DNA from: Chlorokybus atmophyticus
Taxonomy: Eukaryota; Plantae; Mesostigma and Chlorokybus algae
Assembly (NCBI GenBank): GCA_009103225.1
Contig: RHPI01000818.1
Span: forward strand, 366,307 to 430,306
DNA length: 64,000 nucleotides
Direction: 5' to 3'
The notes under the pieces were generated by a model that saw nothing but the letters and a program-made list of their open reading frames with translations, was not told the origin of the DNA and did not search any database. Of this stretch, positions 25,933 through 38,730 are shown piece by piece. Both the position numbers and the translations under genes were made by a program. Positions within the stretch are counted from its first letter, which is position 1; each line of letters opens with the position of its first letter.

Positions 25933-28900
25933 ATGCTTGCCGGCTCCTCGTCGTTCTCGACGGCGGCGGCGGCGGCACCGTTGACAGTGCCTTTGTCATC
26001 GTTTGCAACCTTTAGTCATAGCCTACTGAGGCTGACAGACAGCTTGTCGCAGCGCCCGTTGGTGGTATGGGTTCCTGCGCAGCACCAGCAGCGGCGGCGG
26101 TGGCGGCCAGCCGTCAGCCAGCTAGCAGTGGACAGCAGCAGCAGCACCGCCTCCGCTTCTGCAGAGGCAGCTGCGCTGTTGAGAGACGCCGTCCCTCTGC
26201 AGCCTCCAAGCACAGAGGCAGATTGTCCTCCGGCTCCTTCTACATCTCCTTCGCTAAATGAAGTCCTGGGCAGCCCCGCCTTCAATCGCAGCGTGGAGGC
26301 CGGCAGCAAGCTCAAAGTTGCTGTCCTGCTCAGCGGTGGAGTTGATAGCAGCGTCGCTTTGGGACTACTCCACAGCGCCGGCCATGAGTAAGTCGGGGCT
26401 TGCGTGCAATGACATTGAATTAACGTTACGGCATCATAGGTAGTCTCATTGTCAAGTGAAAACCTCGCACTCTGTTCAGCATCCCAAAGAACAAGTGGAC
26501 ACAAATCTCACATGTAGGTGTTGATCAGATCAAACGGCAGGGTGGTGCTGCACAGATCATGGCATGCGAATAACAGTAGATGAATTACATAAACAGGAGT
26601 TGAACAACACGAATCAACAGAGCAGTTTGACAATGTTTATGCACAGACATGTGTCAATTGAGGTATGTTGGGCGATACTTGAAGCAGGCTTGTTTCGGAC
26701 AGATCAATGCAATGAATGCAATGAATCATCAATATGAGTCACCATTCGACTAACGCAGATCAACAGGTCTGATAACCTACGATAGTTGTGTATTAATATG
26801 CATCAATCACAATTACCTTTCAGAGCAGCTCATGTCAGCGCATAGCTGTTGTGTGTCTTGACAAGTTTGCCTGCTCTTCTGATTGCATTAATCATATTGT
26901 GATTGCAGGTGTGTGGCGTACTACTTGAAGATCTGGTTCCAAGAGGACTTCCGAAACACGTGGGCAGAGTGTCCATGGGAAGAGGACTTGCGCTACGCTC
27001 AAGCCGTGTGCGACAGCCTCGGTGTGGACTTGCGTGTGGTGCACCTCACAGATGACTACTGGAACCACGTTGTGAGTGCGTGGGGATGGCAGTTCACAAC
27101 GCCATGTTGTGTACTTATTCAATTTTGTATGCATGGATCTTGCAAAAAAAATATCTTGCAAACAGTCTAGATGTTGCTGTTGTGGTGCGACTCGCGTGGT
27201 AAGTTAATGTTTTTGTTGTTTATGGTGAGCGCAGGTTCAGCACAGTGTCGGTGAGATCAAGGCGGGCAGGACGCCCAACCCAGACGTATTGTGCAACTCG
27301 CGCGTGAAGTTTGGTAAGTTTGTGCATGGCTGCTGTTGTTGTTGTTAGTTGTGGTTGGTTCTTCTCCTGCTGCTGCTGAGTTTTGTAAATGCCAGGTGCC
27401 TTTTTCAACCATATTGACTTCAATGAGTTTGATCGCGTGGCTTCCGGCCACTACGCACACATCAGTCGGGAAGACGGTGTCGCTCACTTGGAACTGTCTG
27501 TTGATGAGGTACTTAGTGTGTTTGTTGTGTTGACCCTTGTTTCACTTGATCAACCGGAGTCATTTGTTATCATCTGCAAACTGTTTACTGATGCTGGCCA
27601 ACACGCTGTTGTCGCGCTGCACAGGACAAGGACCAAACCTACTTCCTTGCACATTTGTCGCAAGAGCAGCTCTCCAGAATTATGTTTCCGCTTGGTTTCT
27701 TGCCAAAGGTACAGTTTCGCATGGCCACAACGCAGAGTGTTTGCGCACTGCATGCATGCCCAATCATTTGTGCACGCGCCTTTGTGATCTTCAACGCAGC
27801 AATGGCTGGTTGGCTCTCAGGCTCAAGTACGAGAACTCGCGTCACGCTGGGGCTTTCCGACCAGCGCTAGAAAAGACTCCCAAGGCATATGCTTCTTGGG
27901 AAAGGTATGCATATAATGGTCATGCTGTTTGTCCACGACACAACTAGCAACTGCAGACCCGCGCGCGATTGCTCTTCAGCTCATGCACGCTGTGATACGG
28001 CCACTGCAACTCAACTACTTGCGTACAGGTGAAATTCCCAGAGTTTGTGGCGATGCATCTCGGGGAGAAGCAAGGCCAGCTGGTCGAGTGCGAGACAGGG
28101 CGGGTTCTGGGAGAGCACAAAGGGTTCTGGTTCTACACCATCGGTCAGCGACAAGGCCTGCGGCTTGCTCACGGGCCGTGGTAAGCAGAGCACAGTGCCT
28201 GTGCATTCAACCATACACAACTAGTGAAGCAAGTCACCACTCCAACTCTGAGAGCCCTTGCGTTCATGTGCACTTGCCTGCGCGTGTTTGTCTGAACGTG
28301 TGCATGCGTGCTTGCATGCACACGTTCAGACAAAGGCTGTTGCAACATTACGTTGGTTTGCTTGTCGGTTCATGGCGCTGGTGAATGGTCGTCTTTGTTC
28401 CAGGTATGTCGTATGCAAGGACACGCAAAATAATGTCGTGTACGTCTCCAAGAACTACTACTCTGGTGAGAAGGTTCGCAACATGTTTCGAGCCGGTTTG
28501 TTCAACTGGACGCTTGGCGAACGACCCAAAAGCTTTGACAGTTTACGCTGCAAGGTGAGCAGTAGGATATAAGCTACAACCAGTAGCCGACACATGGCCC
28601 TAAGCTCCGTTTGCCACATAGGCACACTTGCGTGCACGCACATAGCATGTGACAATTAGGCCGCTGCATTCCAACTACTCACATGACAGGTGCGCCACGG
28701 CAAAGATTTTCACGACTGTCACCTCGTGTTCGAGAAAGAGACGGCAGTGGTGACGCTTCTTGACCGCGACCAAGGGTTGAGTCCAGGCCAGTACGCTGTG
28801 TTCTATCGTGGCAATGTGTGCCTGGGTTCAGCTGTCATTCTTGAGGATGTTAGCGGAGGCGCAGGCCAGCTGTGCACACCTCCCACGTATGTAGACTACC

Positions 28901-28935
28901 TTCCACCAGTGCCCGATAGGAGGACGCGTTCGTGA
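25933..28935 (+). CDS. mnmA: tRNA-specific 2-thiouridylase MnmA/TRMU, organelle-targeted
   Basis: PP-loop [64 protein letters not shown] and PGQYAVFY. Long S/A-rich presequence; all exons join in phase. Confidence 0.96.
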
Positions 28936-30856
28936 TTGGTGGGTTTTCTTGTGCGCAAGCGTTCCGTGTGGTAGTTAGCGGATGTGCATGTGGTGTGTGG
29001 CTCTTGCATGGCATGTGCAGACATTGGATGGGTTGCGTTGCTGGCATGAGTGACATGCGCACACCGCATTGCATGTAGGCAAGCTCATGCAGGTAAACAC
29101 TAGCAACACATTGTACAAGTGTCACGTTGCATAGGTCACTCCATACATACCATACAATATGCGCGCAATCGCAGTCACATCAGCATGCTCCGCGCATAAT
29201 CTTACCTAGCATACTACGTGTGTTTTGCACTATTGCATGCACGCAATGGCGCTATGATTTCCTGTACACTGATACATATGATACTGTCTCCCAATGAAGT
29301 CCACCATAGCGCCGTGCTGCCTCTACGGTTGGAGGTTGTGGGGTTCACCTGTGTCTAGCTGCCATGGCTATTGCGTCCTACGGCAATGCCTACAACATGC
29401 CGACATCTGTTGCCTGCACAACCGCATGAAGCACGTGACGGTGACAATTGTGCACCAATTGAGAGTGTCTTCTGATTTCAACTCCTAGCAAGTCTAACCA
29501 TTTGCCCTGACCGCTTGCAGCTTATTACAAGAACTGTTGCGCGCGTGTGTTTTGTTAAAGCTCCACATCTTGTGGATTATATTACTTAATAGACAACAAA
29601 TTTTGCAGCCGTTTTAATCATGAGGGGTTGCGTAAGACTTTACGGTGTTATGATATGACATCTCTCTACATATGGAAATCTACATTGTGACAGGGCCTAG
29701 TTGCACATGATGTGACCATACTTAGCCACGTAAGCCGCACAACTTGTGGGTTAGCATATGGAGTAATAGACACAACCCGTATACATAAAGCAAAATATTG
29801 CAAGTGACAATGCACGCATCACAATCTCTGCATCCTATATATTGTACTCTAGTGGCATATGTACATAGAGGTGTGTAGCGCACTATGCTGCTCTACCTCA
29901 CACAATAGACCCATTGGGCACCCTGTGCGCTATAATGAGCATACCTTTCATTGTATTTTGTGAGTTGTGTTTGTTATCCACGGAAGCGTGGATAACAATG
30001 GTGGTATTATCTTTGCTCATGCACAATGTGATTAGCATGTTGAAATTATACCAAGGCGGTTAACATATGGCAAGCAAGTGTGCATGTGAGGTCAATTGAT
30101 GCTAACCATCATGATGTTTATGGTAATGATGTTGATGTAAAGATGGAGGTTGATTCGCGATATCAAATGAGCTCATTCTCTCAAAGAGTGGCAATACAAA
30201 CACGTTAAAACACATAATCGCGCACCCATGGCGCTCAACATTCGCATCAACATAGCTTCATCTGATACATCATCATGTCGCCCAGTTACAAACACACAAT
30301 CCGTAGGCAAAGGACAAAACTTAATGACAGTATAGCATCTTTGCTCTTAAACCGCGAATGTGAACATATTTAGGTAAACTTTTGAAATCATTGATTATGC
30401 ACGATTGTAATGCAATGTGTCTACATTATCAACATGTTAAACCGCCAATGTCACATGTTAGCAGTGACAGGGACTCCATGCACCATTATGGCAGACAGAT
30501 TTGTAGATGTGCACTATTTGTGTATGTGTGTGCATATATGAATTTGAAGAGCATGCACCATGCATCAAATATTGAGCGCACGTTTGCTATGCACACATGC
30601 GAGCATCACATTACTGAATCGGCAAGAGTTCAATACCTGCGAGCACATCACACAGGTAGACCACTCACCACTGCCACCAGTATGCATACGACTCTTGTGT
30701 TAATGCAATACAAGTGCATTGCATCGTACGTATGCGCACGCGCAGAACAACACGCGTTACTCTCCGCTTTTCGTACACTGTTACAGTTAGTTTTTGCTGA
30801 GAAGGTTACATGCTTGTGTGTGAGTGTGCTATGCGCGCGATGTGTGAGCGATGCGT

Positions 30857-30898
30857 GTATATAAAGGGTATGGTACTATGGCAACATGCATGGTGTGC
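30857..30898 (+). repeat. Dispersed 42-bp repeat module, copy 2
   Basis: 38/42 identical to 9678-9719, followed by a CACCACCGGG motif and a CT-rich stretch also seen near 9.1-9.4 kb. Confidence 0.75.
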
Positions 30899-32183
30899 GG
30901 GCAATGCGAGTGACATGCATGAAAAATAACCTTCACTACTCACATAACAGTCACCACCGGGCTAGTACTACCTACGCTATGCTATGCATTTACTAGCCCG
31001 CCCCGTTAGACATACATCAAGCATGCAGAGAACAGTACCTGCCGACAAGGGATGCGGTTAGCAGTTGCTGGCTAGGATGGCAACGGCAGCAACAACAGCA
31101 ACGCGGACTCCCACGCCCTCCTCCCTTCCTCCTGCCGCCACCGCCACCTTCCCAACCCTTGCTCAGCAAGGGCAGCCGCTGTCGCCACTGACGTACTTTA
31201 GGGTTTCGTCAGTTGCACAGTAGCATGCACGATGCACAGTCACGCATGTCATGCATGTGCTGCAGCACTCCCTTGCTGCTGTCGCTGTGTGTACATACAT
31301 CGGACGCATTGCTACATGCAGCACATGCAACACACGAACATACATAAGTTAGTAGCATACCACAATATGTGTCTGATGTACAAACAATGCGCCGTGTCAT
31401 GGTGCGTCTATGTTGATGATTGTGTTTGTGCTCTATATTGGTGCACATGTCTACAAAAAATGCGAAGCAATGTTGTGTGCTGCTTGGTGTACAGAAGCGC
31501 AAAGCAACCCCGCGTCATGCAAAGTGCTTTGCACGCATTCAACGTCATTTTGTATAACACCCCACACAACTTCGCAATACTCGCCTGATGCCAACACGCA
31601 GACGGCCGTGTGTCTCATTACAACCATTGGTATACTTGTGGCCTGGTGGCAGAATTACTGCAACTACCACCATCTGTGTGCGCATCACCACACTACACAA
31701 GCACCATGACAATCACAGTATGCACCCCATACCCTGTGATGAACCAATGTCCAGTCCATACGACCAGTCAACATTATTGACAATGTCCAACAAACAATGC
31801 ACAGCAGACTGTGTCTGCGCAACGGCATGGTTGGCCAGATGCTCGACCCCTCAAATTGCGGACTCCCTCCAACTTGATCACTAACAACGCAATCGCATTC
31901 TAACAACTACCTAAACAACTAAAACTGACCACTACCAACTGGTGTCAACCAGCGCTGCCAGCACGAGAAGGCAACATGGCCAATGCTGGTTGCAGCTGGG
32001 CGTTGGCGATACCTCAGGGCACTGCCACATCAGGCGCCACTGCCGCACAATGTGCGAAGGCTGTGAGGCACAGTGGACATGTGCGGCTCACACAGCTCTG
32101 CAGGATGCTACAGTGGACCAACCAACTGGCCCCAGTGACGAGAACAGAACATGACAAATACAGAGACTGAACATACCTGTATA

Positions 32184-35100
32184 TCATCGCGCAGTCTTTG
32201 CAACCTTGGCACGAGGTGACGCTGGAGAGTGCTCGCGTGACCGACGAGTCCTGTCATGCTCCCTGTCATGGCGATCTCTGTCCCTGTCTTTGCCTCTATC
32301 CCGCTCCCGATCACGATCCCTCTCTCGATCCCGCTCACGATCGTGCGTGTCACGCCCGCGGTCGCGATCATGATAATGCCGATCGCGATGCGAGTGATGA
32401 TGATCTCGCTCACGATGCTCCCTATCCTTGTCTCGATGTGTATCGTGATCCCGTTTCTTATCCCTATGCTCCCTGTCCTTATCAGGTTCTGCACAGACCA
32501 GACTCAGCATCCTTAATGTTGCACACCTGACAAGACATGCACTAGCCATAAAACAGTTGTCGCGCACCTGGCTTGGACTGCAACGATTCCTTAGGTTGCA
32601 CAGAGTCCTTTTTGCTACCCTCATGCGCAGAAGTGCCCTCACGCTCCTTGGACTCCCTGGACTCCGCAACCCCTGCGTGGCCAGCATCGGTGCTGCGCTC
32701 ATGACTCTGGGAAGGCTCTTCCTCTGCAGTATGCCCATTTGCATCTGCTGCAACAACAAAGGTTGCAAATGCCGCCCCTCCATCTTGCTCATGGTCAGTA
32801 TTGCTTAGTGCGTGCGCTTTCTCTTTGCTAGCTTCATGTGCACCATTCTCACCAACATCCTGAAGCACCACATCAACAAATGACTGTTGCAATGAACGCA
32901 ACCACAAGCATTACATTTTCTTCACTACTATTTCTGCAGTATGGATATCAAACCTCGGGCTGATCATCTGCATGTTCCGCGGAACTGGCGACAGAGACAA
33001 GTTCCGGATGCACAGAAGGGCTTGCCCGAGGTGGTGCAGCATCTGCAGGCTTGGTCGCAGCTTGTGCCACACTTGTACCCACAGGCGCCTCCAGTTTCAC
33101 TGGCTGTGAGTCAGACATGTCCATGTCAACATCGGCATCGGCTGCTGGAGCCGCCTGTGCTGGTGGTGCATGAGGGACTCCATTCTCTAACTTTGGCGTA
33201 TCCGTTCGCGGCACATGTGGCACCAGTGCTGGCGTCTGGATTGGAGGCTGCAAATCAGCAGTGTCAGACTGAACCAACCCGCATTTACGAGACATCCATC
33301 CTGCAATAACGCTTAAGGGTGCAGACCGACCACGACCATGATACCGTCTTCCCGAATTTTAGAATGGTCTTTTGTGTATGCTACCCTAACGTTACAAACT
33401 TAGTGCCTTACAGGTGAAGGCTCTGCCGCTGTCTCATGCGTGCTTGGGTGAGCTGCAGCTGTCCCTCTGCAAACAAGCAAGCTTCAGACAATGCACCACA
33501 GCTGTGAAGTAGCCGCGGTCTATGCACATGCGCGCGCACGCCCATCCGCCCCCCCACCCCCCCCACCCCACCCCACACGCACGCGCAGAGATTGCAGCAA
33601 TGCCTGTCCACACCTGTTGTTAGGCTCCGTTTTTGGTGCATTTGCGTCCTTGCCAGTGCCATTTGCTTGTTCGTACAGATCCAAGATCTGGCTGCTGATA
33701 TCTGCGGTACAAAGTGTGAGCAGAAAACTCGCCAGCCATGGCCAAAGCACAGTGTGGCAACCTGCTACCTTCAATAGAGTTGAGAGTGACATCGAATTGA
33801 ACCCACCAGGCGTTGTCCCCATCAGAGGAAAGCTTGATTTTTAAAAACTTACAAGCCAAGTAGATCGCAGCAACTGCTATGTACTTGGCTTCGTATTGCA
33901 AACAGAGTGTTGTTCGCAAACTGCAACCACCTCACATCAGCAGCTGGTGCATGCAGATGCTAATGCAACCATTCCTGGTGCACACCTGTCATTCACAAAA
34001 TTCCATGCAGCTTGCGCCAGATTCTTTTTGTCCCCGGTTTCAATCTTTTTGACCTGACTCAGGAGGGCTTTATACGGATGGGTAATGTTCAAGTCGAAAC
34101 CCAGCGTGGTGAGCAATACTCGCTCACAGTTCAAAATCATCTCGCGCTGGTTGTCAAATATCTCCTACATGACAACTGATACTCAGTCATGCGCCTTCAT
34201 ATGGAGGAGAAGCCAACAAAACCCATAAGCAATCAGACATACCTTGTGTCTACTGAGCTGTGGTCTCATTGCTGCATCTTTGCGATGCTTGATGTCCCAC
34301 GTGATGTGAATCACATCCCTCAAAGACTTGGGAGTTTCTTCCACTTTTCCCGCCAGAAATAAGCACGCTGTGGCCATGTCCTGGAAGCGATACAGATGGT
34401 TAGCATCATGCAACGAGCTGAACCGGCACAACCATCGCTGGCCAGAGCCAACAGCAATTGAAGTTGGACTTACAAAGCGGTCGTATTGTTTGAATGACTC
34501 CCTTGCAAAGAAGCGATGGCAAAACACCACGGCTGTAGCAATCGTCAGCTGTGGCCTGCCAACCGAAACTGTCAGGCTATAACAAGGTTTGGTTCTACAT
34601 GGGCTACGGAGAAATAGCAGGCAAAACACTAGTAGAAGAAAGAAATTGCCCTTGCATTGTAGAACAAGCACATGACACAGAAACTGCAACAACTGATGTG
34701 CCCACATGCGTGTAACCAACAGCTTGACACAAAGATCACACAACAGCACTGAACTGAAGCGCTGGCTTAAAATGGACGACTTGAACCTCACCGACACCTA
34801 CTCACACAAGCATACAACAGATACAATTAACTTGGGGGGGGNNNNNNNNNNNNNNNNNNNNNNNNNNNNNNNNNNNNNNNNNNNNNNNNNNNNNNNNNNN
34901 NNNNNNNNNNNNNNNNNNNNNNNNNNNNNNNNNNNNNNNNNNNNNNNNNNNNNNNNNNNNNNNNNNNNNNNNNNNNNNNNNNNNNNNNNNNNNNNNNNNN
35001 NNNNNNNNNNNNNNNNGAGGGGGGGGGTTCAAGGCGCATGCCAGCATTCTGGATAAACACGCAGATCAAAACCAGTAGAAGCTTGACACACATACCACGC

Positions 35101-35489
35101 AACCACACTGAAAGGCTGGCATAAGAGGGCACGACTTGATCCTTATCAACACCTGATCAAGATAAAGATAACCGAGACAGACATCAATCAACTTACACTT
35201 TGAGACGCATGCCAGCATCCTGGATGAACACGCAATACGAGCGACGGTAGAACGTCTCCTTCTTCAAGTCTATGCCTTCTCTGCGGGAAGGAGATTCCTT
35301 CTCCAGCTCATCCCGGGTGAAATACCAGGGCCCACGCCCGGCGCCTTCTCGACGAGGCCGTGATGCGGAGGAAGTGGGAGCAGCTGCTGTCGGCGTAGAC
35401 GACGTCGGCGCCGTGATTGCTGTGCTGGGAGGCGGATGGTGTGGCAGCGGAGCAACGTCCTGCGGCGGCTGCGGAGCTGTTGTTGCCAT
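32184..35489 (-). CDS. CYCT1: Cyclin T1-type (P-TEFb subunit) with long low-complexity, RD/RE-rich C-terminus
   Basis: [31 protein letters not shown]|[66 protein letters not shown]. The terminal exon is rich in DR/ER dipeptides. Confidence 0.92.
34842..35016. other. Assembly gap (175 N) flanked by poly-G, in cyclin T intron 1
   Basis: Run of N bounded by G tracts. Smaller N sites at 39937 and 40732-40734 also follow G-rich runs. Confidence 0.99.
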
Positions 35490-35999
35490 GCCAGCCGACA
35501 AGGTTCCCGCACGGCCACGCAGGAGACGACCCCTGCCTGCTCAGCTCTCAACTGCTTGCTCACCACCGCCTCCGCCAGCAACCCCACCCCGAAGCGCCGC
35601 AGCAAAACCCCTAACCCTAGATCGCACAGCCAAACAGTTTGACTTCAAGTTCAACACATGCTCTCGCCATTCAACGACTCAACAAAGCAGCACACCCTTC
35701 CTCCAGGTCTCCAGAAATCGCCTCCACCCCGTCCTCAACCTGCCTGTCCCCACGCCCTACCTCCACCGCCGCCGCCGCCACCGCGTTCGTACCCGCAAGA
35801 TCCCAGTCAGTGGCGGCGGCGGCGGCAACCGCAACCTGCCTCGCGCCCGCCAGCTGGTTAAAGACAGCAAGCCTGCTGGGCAGAAGGACACCCGATATCA
35901 ACCAAGCTGGACATCAAGCTCTTGCGCTCGATATCGACGTGTCATCTGTTTGGAAAGCAAAGCAGGAACAAGGCCAGCTCTGGCAATTGATGTGGAGAC

Positions 36000-37923
36000 A
36001 TGGTGGCGGTGGTGGCGGTGGCGGCGGCGGTGGTGCCGCCGGCCGTGGCGCACGGGCCTACGGTGCGGGCGGCGTGGAGGGAGCTGCCTGACTTGACGTT
36101 CAAGGAGCTCATTGGTCCGGAGGGCGACTTGTCCATTGTGGGCTTCGGATCTCTGCTGTCGGGTAGGTTGCGCCGGTGGCACTGCCCTGTTGTCATACGG
36201 TGCCAGTGCATGAGGATTGAACAGGAAACGATCTGTTTCTTATCCCAGCGTCACTTATTAGTTTTGTGCACTTGGTGTGTGGGCTGCACTGTATCATGCC
36301 ATAACCAATTGCTTACAAAGCACCAATTAGTCGTGAATAGTGCATGCGTGTTTCGTGCATTACTACTGCACAATGTATGCAGTGTTGCTGTCATTGGTGT
36401 AAGGCTGCATGCGATAGTAGTGAAGCATTGCTATCTAGGGGGCATCATTGTGTTGGCCGCCTATATGTGCGCGATGTAAACCCCATCATCGCCCCATTTG
36501 TTGGCAGAGCGCAGTGCACGGAGTACCTTTTCCACGCTGAAGAATTTTCGCCAAGCTCGTTTGCAAGGGTTTCGACGCGTGTTTGCGCATGTTGCCCCGA
36601 TATTCTTTGAGCGCGGCATAGCAAACAAAGAGACCAAGGTGCGAGTGACTTGCATGGCCTCCTTTGTGCCTTGTCTTGTATGCGTACATGCATGCACGCG
36701 CACGCACACACACAAGGGTATGTAATTTGTATGCAAGCCACTGTCATAGACAGGCAAACATGCACACGTGTTTGCAGCAGGCTATCAAGTGTATGATGTC
36801 GCTATTGGTTGTCAAGTGATTGTGTTTCAACGAACGGCTCGATCGAAGTGTGCTTGATAGTACCTATCACTTGGTACAGGAGATGAGCAGTCTGAGCGTG
36901 GAGCCTTGCGAGAATATGGCGTTGATGGTGACACAGTTTGAGGTTGACAGCGCCGAAGTAAGTGAAGCATGCTGTCAACCATCTTGCCATTTTTCTGCCA
37001 TTGGTTCTGCCTCTCATGATGGTTGGTGTGTGTCTCATGTTGATCCACGTTCCAGATCCCGAAGTTTGTTAAGCGGGAGCACGAGTTCAGGTTTCTGGCT
37101 GTGAGTCATGCGAGCTGGCCGTTATTATCTTATTACCAAGTACTCTGTTTATAGCAGTAATACTGGTTGAGCAGGTGACACCTGAGACCATCGTTGGTGG
37201 CAACCACGAGAGAGAAGCGGTATGCATATGTTGACTTGACATTTCGACTGGATGTGGCAGTGGCAGTGGCACTTGCTTTTGCCTGTACTGCCTTTTTGGT
37301 AGCTGACCCTTGGCCTGGTATTGCAGGTTGTGTGCGCGAGGTATAGTGATGAGGAATACAGACGGTTTCGTTGCAAAGGTGAGTAGTTGTGCCGCTGACG
37401 AGTATCTAGCCAATGCATGGTTGCAACATGTCAATACCTGCAACTATGCAACTATGCATTGCATTACCGACAATGTACTTTTGTCCTTTGTTTTGCTGAC
37501 CAATGGAGCGTCTGTCGTTTGCAAAACAAGTATGATCAACATTAACATTGCAGCAGGCCTTATACAGCTGTGTCGTCTCAGATGATGACGAGTATTACCT
37601 TCAGTATGGACGATGGGGAGTTGAACAGATCTGGCGAGATGACATCTTTCCTTGTCGCCTGTACTTGAGACACTGGTACGCGCACTCAATCATTTGCTCT
37701 GTGCGTTCTAGTTGCATTATCATCATAGACTTGGCCGGTGCTCACACAAACTGTTATCAGCTTCCTAGCTGCGCAGAAACTTGGGGCAGAGGCATCTGCG
37801 AGTTTCTTAGACCATACGTTCTTGGCTGATCGCATCACGACTATCCGGACCTACTTAGCAGAAAACCCCTCGATAATGGATGAGCCAGATCAGCCGGAGT
37901 TAGCAAGGAGGTATGGAGGGTAA
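36000..37923 (+). CDS. Conserved uncharacterised plant-type protein, gamma-glutamylcyclotransferase-like fold
   Basis: SIVGFGSLLS|ERSARSTF, FRRVFAHVAPIFFERGIA, SSLSVEPC, IWRDDIFPCRLYLRHC, FLDHTFLADRITTIRTYL and a terminal RYGG* match a recalled land-plant family. The GSL motif suggests the GGCT/ChaC-like fold. Confidence 0.8.
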
Positions 37924-38730
37924 CTTGGTCACGGGTGATGTAACCAGGATTTAAATGTACACTGCCAAGTACATGAGCATACTCGACCATATATTGAGCC
38001 GTGTACGACGTGGTTAGTTGAACTGAAGAGGCAACTAGCAGTGGTGATAGATATGTAACTATACATTCACTCTGGGAGTGTAAACATTGGTTAGCCCCTG
38101 GTGTACGCACTGGGGCGCAAGTTGGTTGTACACAAAATGTACACAACTCTACTGCTGTTTGAACATCGCAGCATTTGAGTTTGCTGACTGTCAAACGGTC
38201 TCGTCATGTTTCCCATGTTGCTGCATACTTCTACTGGTTGTTGTTCGTGTTCAACAACGGATGCCATTCTCAGGCAGCCCACTACAAAGCAGCATGCTGG
38301 CGCAGCATGTCATGATGCAATGTAGTTTCGAAAGCGCAGCTGCAGCAGGTTTGTTCATTTGCAAAGCATGCACACAAGGCGTCTAAATGCCTGGATGCAT
38401 GTTCAAGCAGTGGATCCATCATAGCACTTGACTATATAATCTGGATCACAAAGTCCTCAACAGTGCCGTGACATTCTTATGCACCCTACATGCACATTAA
38501 GACGCACCTTAGGCTTATTACATCGCCCACAACACTGCCTTGCAGGGAGAGAAAGTACTGCAGCTCACTACGCCGGCCATATTGACTACAGCTGCTATGT
38601 ATACCAAAGAATCGCTCAGTCCACAGCTAACCAACATCCCCAACCTAAGTTGGACACACCCCTTGGTCACACTGAACGCATCAACCTGGAAACCCAAACG
38701 AAGCACTAGCTACCACAATCATCAAGTCCA

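Noticed and set aside
29974-29981. Bacterial DnaA box (TTATCCAC) or origin
   Set aside because: The context is eukaryotic and the match is part of a single hairpin, so it is coincidental.
32108-32530. Separate RD/RE-repeat or hydrophobic I/M-rich genes
   Set aside because: The RD frame is the last exon of cyclin T; the others are alternative frames of the same repeat.
35604-35620. Telomeric repeat or telo-box motifs (also 31196-31204 and 53851-53859)
   Set aside because: Single or imperfect units with no array. A telo-box role is possible but unsupported.
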